From Spironucleus salmonicida (lineage: Eukaryota), in NCBI RefSeq assembly GCF_000497125.1, contig NC_090596.1, positions 868,001-932,000 of the forward strand: a stretch of DNA of 64,000 bases, read 5' to 3'. The position numbers and the translations under genes were made by a program. Position 1 is the stretch's first letter; every line of letters starts with the position of its first letter. Shown here one piece after another: positions 1 to 12,527 of the stretch. The notes beneath the pieces were generated by a model. It saw nothing but the letters and a program-made list of their open reading frames with translations, was not told the DNA's origin and did not search any database.

Positions 1-6
1 AATATA

Positions 7-306
7 TCACTACTGCTCTAGCGATGTATAAACCTTAGAGCCTTGGTTCATAACGGTGTAGCTCACGCTATTGTCCTCTACTGCCAGAGTTTACTCGATT
101 TTGATAGCTGCTGAAATTTTTTGCTGCTTATCCACGTAAATAATACAGTCTTCCCGATGCAGCTGTGAAATTTTTGGGGAAGACATATTGATCTTGTATT
201 TCTAGTCTGGCGCCAGTATTTGCAGCTAATCGTTCAGAATCTGAAACTTGCACTCCTGCTTTGTCTTCCTAAACCACTTTTACGTCGTGAGCTCGCAGGT
301 GGACAT
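7..306 (-). CDS. hypothetical protein (99 aa)
   Basis: ATG at 306, open with TAR=Gln, ends TAG TGA (AGTGA). Confidence 0.6.
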
Positions 307-416
307 TTACGGAAACAAAAAATTGCATCCTAAAAATTATACAATAAAATCAAAAAATTATTAAAATAATAATTTAATATAACTATATAATATTAACTAT
401 TTTGACTAAATCCAAA

Positions 417-938
417 ATGTCAGTTTTGGTCTATGCGTACCCCCGCTGCGAGGACATCGAGCTAGTAGCCAGCGTTGACACGCTGCGCAGATGCGGCGCC
501 AAGGTTACCGTCTACGCGGAAACGTCCCCAATTCTTTGCGCGCACGGCACGCAAATCGTCCCCGACACGACGACGCTCCCAAGCGGCGAAATGGACGCCA
601 TTTTGCTTCCAGGGGGCGCCGGATGCGCCGAATTCGCCAAAAACGCGAAAGCTGCAGCCGTTTTCGAGGCCTTCAAAGCCCAAAAAAAGCTCATTTTTGC
701 GATTTGCGCGGCGCCGGGAACGCTGGTGCGCTGGGGAATTTTGTCTGGAGAAACCGTTTGCGGCTACCCCGGCTGCGAGGCGGAGGGCGCAAAATTCACT
801 GACGAGCGCGTCGTCGCCGGGGCGTTTTTCGTGACCGCGCGGGGCCCCGGAGTCGCCATCGAATTCGGGCTCGCCTGCGCCCAGAAACTTGGGTTGGACG
901 CCGCAAAAATTGGCGCGCAAATGCTCGTTAAATAGTGA
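417..938 (+). CDS. DJ-1/PfpI (ThiJ) family protein
   Basis: CEDIEL..DTLRR, DAILLPGG, AICAAP (catalytic Cys), TARGPG; TAG read as Gln, then TGA. Confidence 0.93.
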
Positions 939-1087
939 GCAGAACGCCCGTTTTGATTTGTTTTTTCGAGAAACTGGGATTGAAAAATTCGTATTTAAAT
1001 CATATATTATTGATATATAAAATTCCCTTCCAAATCGAAAAAACTCAATACACCTTTATTATACAATATATATCATTATATTTTTAA

Positions 1088-1387
1088 ATGCTGCCAAAGC
1101 TGCTGCCGAAGCCGATCTACCGGTCGACATCGCCGCCCCCGAAGCGGCACGTCCTGGCGATCCTGCCGCCCATCAGATCCACGTCCGTTCAGGTGCAGAA
1201 GCAGCTCGAGCAGACCGCAGATTTCGGCGAGCTGCGGAATTTCATAATGCGCGAAAGGAAGACGTTTGGCGCAATTTCGAGCAAAATCGACGTCCTGGGT
1301 TACAAATGCAGCGATTTGCTGAACAAATTGGCGTTTCTGATCAAGGAAATGAAGCGGGAAAAGATGGCCCTGAGGCCGCGCAGATGA
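1088..1387 (+). CDS. hypothetical protein (99 aa)
   Basis: GC-rich ORF between AT-rich spacers, TGA stop with AGTGA just downstream. Confidence 0.65.
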   Translation: MLPKLLPKPIYRSTSPPPKRHVLAILPPIRSTSVQVQKQLEQTADFGELRNFIMRERKTFGAISSKIDVLGYKCSDLLNKLAFLIKEMKREKMALRPRR

Positions 1388-1400
1388 GCATTTAGTGAAG

Positions 1401-1697
1401 TCACTCTTTCAGCACTTAGCCCTCCTGGTAGCTGAAGTACATAATTTCGTGGAAGGGAACGGCTATAAGGCCGTCGCACTCCTCGGGGAGCTGCCTTATG
1501 ATGTCCACGTCCTGGTTGATTATTTTTATGTTCGGGAACGACGACAGGGCGTAGTTTTCGTACGACTTAAAGTCGCCCGTTATGTTCTCGATGTACCTGA
1601 ACAGCTGCGCTGGCGTCTTGTCCTGGATAATCGTCTGCGAAATGATGAACTTGATCCCGTCTATGTGAATGAAAATTATCGCATGATCAGAGTTCAT
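1401..1697 (-). CDS. hypothetical protein (98 aa)
   Basis: MNSDHAIIF..., ends GAG TGA. Confidence 0.6.
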
Positions 1698-1860
1698 TTT
1701 TAAGGGAAGGGATAATAATACTTGATTATTATATAATAATATTAATTTATCGTAGATTATCAAAATTGAGAATTCCAAAATTATAGAGATAATTAAAATT
1801 ATTTAAAAATAATATATAGAAACATTTTTTTATTTTTTTATTCTTATATGATATTATTAT

Positions 1861-2280
1861 ATGAAAAATAGCCAGATATCTGATCTCCAAATGATCAAAC
1901 TGACTCCGGACGAGCAGAACCTGCTGATCCAGCTCACACAGGCCTATGAGAAGAACAGAATCAACTGGCAGTAGGTTGTAGCGTATTTTCCGGCGTAGAA
2001 CATGAAGGACCTCTCGATTTTTTACCATTCGATTATCAAAACCAAATCGGTGCAGCCAGTGGAGAAAGTGCACTGGAACTGCTGCAAAGACAAGGAGCTT
2101 ATGGTGTACGTTCAGCAGTATGGGAAGAGCTGGAAGCAAATTGGCGATTTGATGAAAATCCACTTCGTCCAGGCCAAGAACAGGTACTACGTCATCAACA
2201 AGAAGATGCTGGGCGAGGGGCAGCTGAAACCGCAGCAGATCAGCATAAATTTGAATTTCAACGTTTTCAACGTGAAGTGA
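1861..2280 (+). CDS. Myb-like DNA-binding protein (two repeats)
   Basis: LTPDEQNLL..INWQQV; HWNCCKDKEL..YGKSWKQIG..AKNRYY; ends AAG TGA. Confidence 0.88.
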
Positions 2281-2348
2281 TTTTTCTGATAACAGCTATA
2301 TTAATATATAATAATGCTAATATATGGTAAAAATTTCCCTCCAAATGA

Positions 2349-2516
2349 TCACTTTCGTGTACCGCGTATACGGTGGTTCCAAAGCGGGGTAGCCGGAAAT
2401 TACTTGAAAATTGGGTTGTTAGGTTTCGATATAGATGTTTTTAGCTCTTTTACTGCTTGAATAGACAGCTTATGTTGATAATATCCTGGCTAGTGATGGG
2501 AAGGCTGCGGTGGCAT
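2349..2516 (-). CDS. small hypothetical protein (55 aa)
   Basis: C-rich ctcatccaa before ATG, ends AAG TGA. Confidence 0.4.
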
Positions 2517-2892
2517 TTGGATGAGAATTAAAATAAGCGATAGCTGCAAATTTTTGTGATTTAGTAAGCTTAAAATTCAGCTCGTATGCAATTTCCGCTG
2601 TGTAGTGTATATGCTTAGTTTCGGTCGATATCGGCCCGTGTGAAGAGACTTAATTGGCGTATTATATGCGTTAAAATTAAAGTAAAAGAATATAATACTA
2701 CAAGATAGGCGAATGTGCAGCATTTTGAGTTGTTATGTTGTCGCCCTACTGAGAATACGTAGATATGGATCAGAAAAGCATAAAAAATATTATTTAGTTT
2801 CATAGATGGTTAAGCTTAATACTGTCTGATATACCACAATAATGTATAGCTAAGGTTTTTAGCAAGTTGTCCGTCTAGAGATATTTTTAGTA

Positions 2893-5487
2893 TCAGATCA
2901 AAATTGGCATGTAATGAACTAAAGGTGTAAATATAATAGAGAGAAAATCAGTCAGGGTATTCTACTTAAGTTATAGAGCAAAGTTTTAATATATATTTTA
3001 ACCTAGCTTTTTAAATGATATTTTCCAACGATTTTGGAAGTTACACTTCAGTTTTATTTTCACAGCCTTCATTTTCTGAACCAAGTAGCTAGCCAAATTT
3101 AAGAGTATTTAAGTAGAGCATCCTGTTGTTCTTTTAAATAAAAAGCTATTTAATATCTACATTTAAGCTAAAAGTAAGGTTTTCTCGTATAATAAATATA
3201 TTTATATCTATTAGACGTCTTTATTTTGTATGATTTGATATTATTTAGATATTTGACAGCTGTAAGTTATTTATAGATCTACATTTTAATATTTTCGTAA
3301 GATCTGACACGTAGCAGCTAGAAATATATACATTCTTTATTGTTAGAGTTAAAATAGGTGGAATAAATTTGTAGATAAGTGTTTATATATTTATATATTC
3401 CAGACTTAATAATTTTATAGTACTATGTAAGTACAGGTTGTACAAATTAGTGACAGAATTGTTTTTAGTGCCAATAATAGATAAATTTTCTAGCTAACTA
3501 GCGGTTTATAGTAGCAAAAACAAAGCTTCGTCTACAGTATCTATTAACGTATTTTCCGTAATTTGTATTTTTTCAATTTTAGTATAATGTTAACCTTTAT
3601 ATTATAATTTGAGATTTAGCAACCCGTTATATTAAGATTTAACACGGATGAGCTCAGTTCAATTTCCTCCCTAATATCAGATAATGTTAATTATTCAAGA
3701 TTTAACGCATATTTAAGAATGATACAATTACTATTTTTAAGATTTAAGCTCAATAAATCAGAAAATGTTTTTAAATTTTCTAACTTAAAAGTAGTTTTGT
3801 CCAGGGATAAGGCCTTAGTAAATTTAGATAATTGAATCTCACATATATCATTATAATAATATATTTATTTTACAATGTTGTTGTTTTCTGTATTAATTAC
3901 TTTTAAGTCGGAAATTTCTTTAAAAGTATTACAATCATTATAGTAAATATGAGCTGGAATAATTAGTTATTTGATTCTGTACATTTCGATCTAGGTAAAT
4001 GTTTAGTGTGTCAAAATTTTTAAAATTGATGTTAACTATTACTTATTTATGGCAATATTATCTAGATATATATAAGCTAAATAAGATGACTTAAGAATAC
4101 AATCAATTAAAAATGTATCATGCAATGAAAATAGTTCGCTTTCCTACCCATTTCCGTAAATATATGCATTCTTTTATTAATGAATAGATATGAAATGTTC
4201 AGGGTACGAATATGCGAACTAACTGATAACTACATCGTTAAGAATATATTTGTCAACGGGACATTTGATTTCAATGGAATTAATATTAAACCCAGCAATT
4301 TCAAGTACTTCAAGTTTATCTGTACATTCCCCCAGTAGTAATTTTTCTATATTATCATATTTCTGGTTAGAATATTATTCATTATCCCCATATAGATATA
4401 ATTTCTTTAGATTTTTGAACTATCATAGCGCCTCAAAAATATTACTATAACTAATAGATTAGATAGATGATACTTGAAACACAGTTTATAAAACGAAAGA
4501 ATTATTTATTCTAATAGCCTCAATGTTAGTTAATATTGGAACCTCTAATCGTGATATTGTTACATTAGTAAGATCTAGTTTTTATACTGAATTGTTGAAG
4601 CTACTGTCGTTATGTTTTAATTTTAGCAATTGAATATCTCTACTAATATAAATTGCTCCTTGATATGCGGTTTCAAGACATTCAAGTGGAAACCTGATCC
4701 ATTGTGCATTCAAATTTTAACCAGTAGCTTAATAATCATTTTCTGAAATTGAAAATTATTCATCATTTTTTATGGATATTCTATAGAATTATATACATTG
4801 AATACGACAGTATTTTCTAGTAATAGTATACATTGACACAGATCCCAAAGCTAAATCACAGTTTTCTAACACATTATCTAAAACTCTTTTTGAATTTAAG
4901 AAACATGAATCATGACATTGTATTTAATGACAATAAGAGAGAAATAAATCCGGTACTAAACTTAGTTGACTATCCAGTAGTTTGATCGATACTACTTATA
5001 TAGGATACTATTCGAATATTTTTTAATCATTAATATAACAAGAGTAATTGAATATGACTTTAATACCATTTATTATAAGAGTAGATAATTTTTCAGCGCT
5101 CTTAATATCTATAATCTTTATATTATTTAGCTCACATATTCTAGTATTGGTATAAATCTCGACCATATTAAAGTTTTCTAAAATCAAAGTTTTATACATT
5201 ATGTAACTATCATCTTTATTCTGAAAATATCTTTATTTATTTCCATTATAATTTAGTAAACTATTATTCTCAAAACATTATAATATTTTATTTTTATCAA
5301 CTAAGGATTCTGGAATATTTACTATTTATAAAAATACGTTAGATACTAATATGCCGTCTTTGATATCAGATTTAAATGGTAAGTGTACATGATCTGCATT
5401 AATAATCTTTACGTCCTTATAACCATATACCACAAAAACACCTAACCCTGTGTAGTCTAAAATGTTTGGATCGTAATTTACCTTCAT
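2893..5487 (-). pseudogene. long AT-rich, degenerate leucine-rich-repeat-like ORF with one in-frame TGA (4423-4425) and a possible frameshift near 3590
   Basis: 865-codon frame with a single internal TGA; LxxLxL-like patterns (FKNLKKLYL, LEVLEI, LEQLTL) mainly downstream of it. Confidence 0.5.
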
Positions 5488-6163
5488 TTTGTAATATATA
5501 TATGCAATTATTATATCACATACAGAAGGTATTCCAATTTAAGGATATAATATCATTTTTATGCAAGGAGTGAAGATGTTATTATTACACGAAGAGATTC
5601 ATATTTTACAAATAATTTTTGCCAGCAAACACTGACGAATTGCGGCCAAATCTTCGTAATTCCAAACTCAATTTTTCGCATTATTATATGTGCAGTAGCC
5701 GCCCTAAAATAGCCCAAACGCAAAATCCGACTACTGGGGCGCTGCTGTTATATCAGTTCCGCTTCGATACGAAATCGCCCTGCAACACTACGGTTTAAAA
5801 TTAAAAAATTGGAGTAGAAAATCAAAATCAAAATCAAATTCTATTTTATTTCAATTTCACTTAAATCGGAATTCTGAACTGATGTAACATGTGAAGCGGA
5901 AAATCAAAATTGAATCTCAATTAAATCAAAATTAGACCGCAATCCGGCCCCATATGGCACGTTTTCGGAGGAAACGCGTTGCAGCTTCCAGCCCGGGCAG
6001 TTCGGGCCCTCAAAATGTAAAAACTGCCAGCAGTGGCAACGATCGCAGTGCTCGTCTGGCGAAACTTCGCTTTGGCGCTCCAATTTCGCTGTTTGCCGTA
6101 GAAAATCAGTTTCTGAATTATTGTATTCTAAATTATATAATAATAATATTTTTTTCTGAAGCC

Positions 6164-6622
6164 TCACACCGTCCGCTGCATTTCCTCCGCGACCTCCACC
6201 AGCTGCAGCCGCCGGCAGACCGCGCGCCACAGCGCCTCGTCTACGCTTCTCAGCGCGTCCAGAACGTCCTGTTTGCTGAAAACGCTGATTTCGTCCACGC
6301 GCAGAATCCTGACGCTGCTGGCGCTCGTCTCGCTAACGGGCCGAAAGATTGCCGCTAGGTTCTCGCGCTGCAGGCGTTCCCGCACTGGTAGCGCGTCCAG
6401 CAGCTCTTGGAGGTAGGCTATGACCGTTTCCGTGTACTTCCTGCTCTGCAGCGCAGAGGAGACCGCGAGGGCCAAAATACGGTCGTAGGAGCTCGATGAG
6501 AGTGATTTCTTGTAGAGGTTGTAGGATGCGTTGGGGGTGAGATTATTGAACGGTGTTCTCGCGGATCTCGTGTGAGCAATTAAGATGAGGTGCTAAATGA
6601 TCTAGGCCTCAGGCCTTGGCAT
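6164..6622 (-). CDS. hypothetical protein, weak RhoGAP-like C-terminal motif
   Basis: Open with TAR=Gln; RLQRENLAAIFRP resembles the NLAxxFxP motif of RhoGAP. Confidence 0.55.
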
Positions 6623-6793
6623 TATAGGAGTGGCAAATAGTAGTGTGAGTGGTGTATTTAGGAGAAAATTAATGTTAAAATAGTTAATTATTATATAATA
6701 ATAATTATTTGGTTTTCTGTAGAATTGATATTTCTTGCGTTTGAAAATAAAATATATTTGTTTATATATAGTAGTAACGAGGGTTTATTCAAT

Positions 6794-7153
6794 ATGAAAT
6801 CCTACCGTCTCATAAAATCGCTACCTAAGATCAAGTTTTCTAAGTCAATGGAACCCAAAAAAAGGTTAACACCATTATTTACTATTAAATACTCGCATCT
6901 GCCTACAATTTAAGAGTATTCGGATGAGAGCCATATTTCCATTTTAGAGCAGCCAGTGATCTCCAATCGTGGTAGTGAGTTTAGACGCATAATTAATCTG
7001 CTTATAAAATTATCTAATGAAATGGTTTGTAAAATACAAAAGATTGAAAGTCATGCATCAGATTTATAAGGATAAATTGCCCTTTTAGAGTCTCTTTAAA
7101 AATACGCTAGAGATAAAATTGATGATAATTAGGATATCTTTGGTATATTTTGA
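6794..7153 (+). CDS. hypothetical protein (119 aa)
   Basis: Open ATG-to-TGA frame, basic N-terminus, coiled-coil-like C-terminus. Confidence 0.55.
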
Positions 7154-8111
7154 TAAACTTCAAGCTGAATTTCGATATATATTAACAAATTTGTTGTCTA
7201 AATATTTAGCCAAATAAATAAGTTCAGTAATAGAAATTAATATAGTAGGATTACAATTTTAGCTTTATTAGATTAATTATAACAATTAATAAATCATATT
7301 AATAATATAGTGAAATACATATTGTAGTTAATTAAAGATTATTAGAAAAAGATAAGCAATAAACTAGCATCATAATATACTTTGTTGTGTATTGGTTATA
7401 TGGTTTCGTTATTTTATCTAAATGTTTATTTTCCTTGTCAGATAAATATTTAATATACTCAATTCTAAGTGCGAAACCATCTAAAATTATATTAATTTAT
7501 GCATATGTGATTATTATATTATTATATATTGTATTAGTTTAAATTTTATACTAATACGTATTTAGTTGGTAAATATAGTATTTATTTAGCTACTTTGTTT
7601 ACTTTATACACTCAGCTAAAGATAATAGTAGGAGAGAATTGTATTGTAGATAATATTATTCAAATAGATACATACTAAAAATTAAATTAAGTTACTTACA
7701 AATCACACTTTTCATAAAATAATGCATCTAATATATGTTAAAAAAATAAAATTAATATTGAGTAATGAAATATAAAATAATAGATTAAATCGCATGATGT
7801 AAGTATTTCCGGAAAATTATATTTATTATGTATACTAATACAATTTTATATATACTTTGCATACTATTACACGTTAATCACACAAAATAATAATCGTGTT
7901 TATGAAGTCTATAATAATATAGATGTATTCAATTCATAAAACCTAATTAATTTTTATATTTTAAATTATAAATATTACTTATACGTAAAAGTTTGTAAAA
8001 AATAATTTATACATATAAAGTTATAATTTAGTATTTTCATAAAATAAGTATTAGATAAATATCAAATAATCCATATAATAATAAGATTTAATTGTTAACC
8101 AAATCTGTTAA

Positions 8112-8483
8112 ATGGATCTGTTTTTGCAAGAGATTTCCGATTATTAATTCTCTTAGGCATTAATGTAATTGAAGCTGAACTAGTTAAACACACGATAGAA
8201 ATTTATATGGACGATCGAGAGATCAAACAGGTTTTCTAAAATATGTGCAGTCTGTGGAGTTGCAACTGTCACTCCTTCAATTATTCAAAGATATTTTAAA
8301 GATAATTCTGCTGATAGATAGATCATATCTTCAAGACTTTAAAAGCATAGATTAAAATTACTATCACATTACAGAGTCGATAAACTTTAAAATTGTATGG
8401 GTGGCGAAGGAAGCGAAAAATGGAGAGAGGAAACATTTAGAGGATATAGAGATAGCGAAATTAGAGATTTACTTCAAGAGTGA
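8112..8483 (+). CDS. GARP/SHAQKYF-class Myb-like transcription factor
   Basis: RQKFIWT..RF....G....TPS.I.....DRQIISSRLQKHRLK matches the GARP consensus; ends GAG TGA. Confidence 0.75.
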
Positions 8484-9449
8484 TTAGATACAATATATGT
8501 ATTTTATTTAAGTATCTGAGTTAGTAAAACAATAGGCAATACTCATAATAACTATAATTTTTTAATACTAAAGGTAAATTTCAAAACTTATTATATAATA
8601 AAGGCTTGCTACATTATAAACATAGATGCGAAAAATAACTTGACGAAAAAATTATATTTGCCTGTTATGATTTGATTTATATAACAATAATATAAAAATA
8701 TCAATTAATAGTATGAATATTTGAATTATTGAAGATATTATTCACTTATTGATTCAATTATTTTATTCTCAAATAACATATATATGATAGTGTTTAATAT
8801 TATAAATATATAGTTTTAAATCTAATTCTTAACTATCACATTAATTAAGCAGTTTTAGGATGGAATCTCTATTAAAATGTTATTTAATATATAAAATATA
8901 AATAATAAGTTGCTTTTTCTAAAATTAAGAAACATTATGTATAACATGTAATATATATAATTAACCTAAAATTAAAAATCAGTAAATTTTTAGTTTCTAT
9001 ATGTTTCCGTTGATTTATACTAAATAATATCTAAAGATAATATATGAATTTAATAGGTAATTAACAATTATCGAAATATTAATTAGATAATGCTGAATAA
9101 TATGAAATTAGAAACAAGCTGATCTGATAAATATGAGGTAAATAATAATATACATACTTAGTAGAGTTTTTAATACACTAAGTTACATAATGAAGCAATA
9201 AGGAACTATGGCAATACCATAGATATTAGCTAGTTTATAGCTTAATTCATTGTAATAAATTCATTTTTGTGATAATACAGATTAAAGTTCACGAAATAAG
9301 ATAACAATTATTAGAATTATTTCAAAAATCAAGCAACTATAGAATATAACGCATTAGTGTCTTTTTAAAGTATAGAGTCTGGAGAAAAATATCACCAAGA
9401 TGGAGAAAAATTTATCCGTATTAGAGATTCATTGTTAGTGAAGTTTTTA

Positions 9450-10076
9450 TCACTAAATCATGCCTCCTCTTTTGCTGGGTCTTCCACTAATAGATATTCC
9501 ACCTTTCTTTAACGTACTGGATAAGGTATATGAACCTGGACCAGGATAATTATTAGTATATGGGCCTATGTTTGTTCTCCCTGCAAGTGAAATTTTGTTT
9601 CTACCTTAAATCACTGGAGAATAAGCCCCAGGGCCTGGTGTATCATTGTGATTTTCAATCATTGGTCTAGAGCCTAAACTACAACCAGATGAATTCATTG
9701 TACTGGGTAAATTATAAGCTCCTGGAGGTGGAGAACTAGAACGCTTTTTTACTTCCCAATCTGGAGATCCTGGAACATATGTTCTTCCTCCAAGTGTAGG
9801 TGAACTTGTCTTACCAATTTATTTTGGCGTGTAAGCACAAGGTGAAGGAGAAATACTTTTATCCTTAATAAAGGTACGTCCAGAAATACTAGATTTTTAT
9901 GCAGTATTAGATGAAGCGATAGAATAAGAACCCGGGCCTGGTGTTTGTGTGGAATTCTATAATGCCGGTATACGAGATTTCAGAGTGATACTATGAACTG
10001 CTTGAGATTATTTATAATTTGGAGAATATGAACCTGGTCCTGGAACAAAAACTGTTGGGCAATCAGATGTATTCAT
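9450..10076 (-). CDS. SHIPPO/STPG (ODF3-like) repeat protein 1 (208 aa)
   Basis: MNTSDCPTVFVPGPGSYSP; repeated PGPGxY; ends TAG TGA. Confidence 0.88.
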
Positions 10077-10133
10077 CTTACTGATTATACTAAAAATATA
10101 ATATGGGTATATTAACTATTGTTACAATCTTGA

Positions 10134-10850
10134 TCATTCAACTTTTTTAGCTTTTTTAGATTTCTTTGCTACACTTTCTTCAGCAACCACTTCTTCATGC
10201 TCTTCATTTTAAGTGCCATCATTATCTTCAGGAACTACTTCTTAAGCCAATGCAGCAGGTACTTGCTTGTTATTCTTGTTTTTCATTTTCATGGTAATAA
10301 ACATATTAACTACTAACATACCAGGCTAAATTAACTTAGAATACCAAGGTTTTTCGACTTTGTCAACTATTCTAGCAATATCCAAATGATAAGAAGTACC
10401 GTCTACGAAATAGTCAACAGTTAAATAAGCATTATTGTGAACAACAATTCTGTAAATATCAAATGTACCAATATATGTGGTGGTTTTATTATCCAAAACA
10501 AGAATAGTATCAATTAAAACTTTTTCGTCTTTAATGATTCTTAAATGAGTATTGTTGTCTGTTTCTATAATAATATTCTTAACATTAATTACTTAACGAT
10601 CAAAGGTAGTAACATTATCTTCAGATATAATATCATTATATTATACTTTCTCTAGGATCATCGATACTACTTTAGTTTCATTGTTTTATACTGGTTTACC
10701 TTCGTATATAAATTAAGTAGGAACATTATTGATGGTTTTAGTAATATTATAGGATCCTTTAGTTAATTAGAGTGTATCAAATTTTTATGAACCACCTTTA
10801 CCACCTTTGCCGCCCATCATTGGCATTGCTAAGATAACTAATCCAAACAT
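10134..10850 (-). CDS. type I membrane protein with KKxx tail (238 aa)
   Basis: Hydrophobic N-terminus, C-terminal hydrophobic segment, acidic tail ending KKAKKVE. Confidence 0.65.
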
Positions 10851-10934
10851 TTAGAGGAGTGGAAATATTAGATAAATAAATAGACAAATATTGTAAATTT
10901 ATATAATAATTGGCAATTTAATAATTGTTTCAGA

Positions 10935-12260
10935 TCAAAAGTGTCTTCCTTTATATCTTCCTCCCATCGTAAATCCTTAACTACTTTTTGCTCTAGTAAC
11001 ATTATATGATCCCACACCAGGATTTGTATTTTCAGCTCCTTTAGGTTCATATTTAGGGAATTTGCTACCCTTTCCTCTTTTACTCATATCAAGTTAATCT
11101 AATGTATAACTGCCAATACCAGGTGTATTATTTGTAAAATTGTACATGTTTCTAAATTTATCATGTCTTCCACTCATGCTTGATCCAAACTTTTCTTTGT
11201 CACTTCTATCAATATTATATGCTCCTACACCTGGATTTGTATTTAAATATAAATCTTTTGGTCTTCCAGAAACAGAATAACCTGATGTGCTTAAAGAACT
11301 TTTACCAATATCATAGTTACCAGGTCCAACATCCCCTGTTTATGATCTCACTAGCTGTGAATCTTCCTGCTTAGGGAAACTAAATTAGTTTGCAGAGGAT
11401 GCCAACTTACGATTATTATATGCTCCAGGACCAACATTAGCATATTTTTTTCTTTCTTTTAAATCAGTATCTTCATATTTGTTTGCTATTTTTCCGGCAC
11501 CAGAAGAATTTAGTTAAACCTTTTGATTATTTTAATATTCAGCAGGGCCTGGAATACCATTCTAAGTACCCGAAAATAAATCTCTTGATGGATTATTATA
11601 CCTGGAAGATAATGCAGTTGATATTTATTTTCTTTAAAATGTTTTATTATAATCAGCAGGTCCTGGTCCAGGCTATATATCTTTTTATTCTTCATATTTA
11701 GGAAATTTAGAGCCATGACTATCAGGTGCAATGCTTGAGTAATTAGGATTATAATCACAACATGAAGGAGTTACTTTATTAGAATGTACTGAAGTTCTAC
11801 CTGACAACGTATATGCTGGATTTCTAGCTAAATTCTTCAGCTTTGCTGTTTCAGCATTATAGTCAGCGGGACCTGGAGTTTATGATGTGCTCAAATCTAC
11901 TGGACGGCCTGATATTGTGGCTCCTATTTATGATAATTCAGATTTAACATTATAATCACCTGGGCCAGGTGTTGGATTAATTTTTGAACCTCTTTCGGCT
12001 TTTGATATAGACCCACCAATCCTTGATAGTGACGAACCATTATTTTCATAATCACCTGGTCCAGTTGGATTTGACATAGATTTATCAGGAAAACGAGAAG
12101 CTAATGAATATGACGGGTCAGTATGGGAAGTCTTAAGAAATGAAGATGAAACATTATATGAACCAACTCCTGGGGTAAAAGACTGTTCAGCTTCTACAGC
12201 AACCATGGTTTATGACTATGCTACTGTAGATTTTCCTAATTAAGACATCGAAAGTGACAT
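10935..12260 (-). CDS. SHIPPO/STPG repeat protein 2 (441 aa)
   Basis: Multiple TPGPGDY/TPGVGxY motifs in a continuous frame. Confidence 0.88.
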
Positions 12261-12527
12261 TTAGAAATTTGCAAATTTTTCATATGAATAATATATCATT
12301 TATAAATATCTATACTAATTTTGTAAATGCTCATTTCAACTGGTACTTATATATTTTGATCAATTAATATGCAGAATACGAAACTATATATATATATACA
12401 GTTTAGTTAAAAAGGACTAAATTTTAATCTAATTACTCCTACATTAAAATTTATTTATGTTCATTTAACACGTAGAGTATCTGATATATAAAATATTTTG
12501 AAATACGAGCGGTACACGCAACACAGC

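Noticed and set aside
462-920. Antisense and alternative-frame ORFs over GC-rich genes (also 21500-23000, 57600-58400)
   Set aside because: Expected shadows of high-GC3 coding sequence; no protein motifs
2345-2523. Plus-strand short ORF with an internal TGA as a selenoprotein
   Set aside because: No CxxU-type motif; the minus-strand ORF 2349-2516 with AGTGA explains the region better
9001-9441. Possible plus-strand gene ending TAG TGA at 9441
   Set aside because: The frame from ATG 9001 hits TGA at 9094; no consistent model
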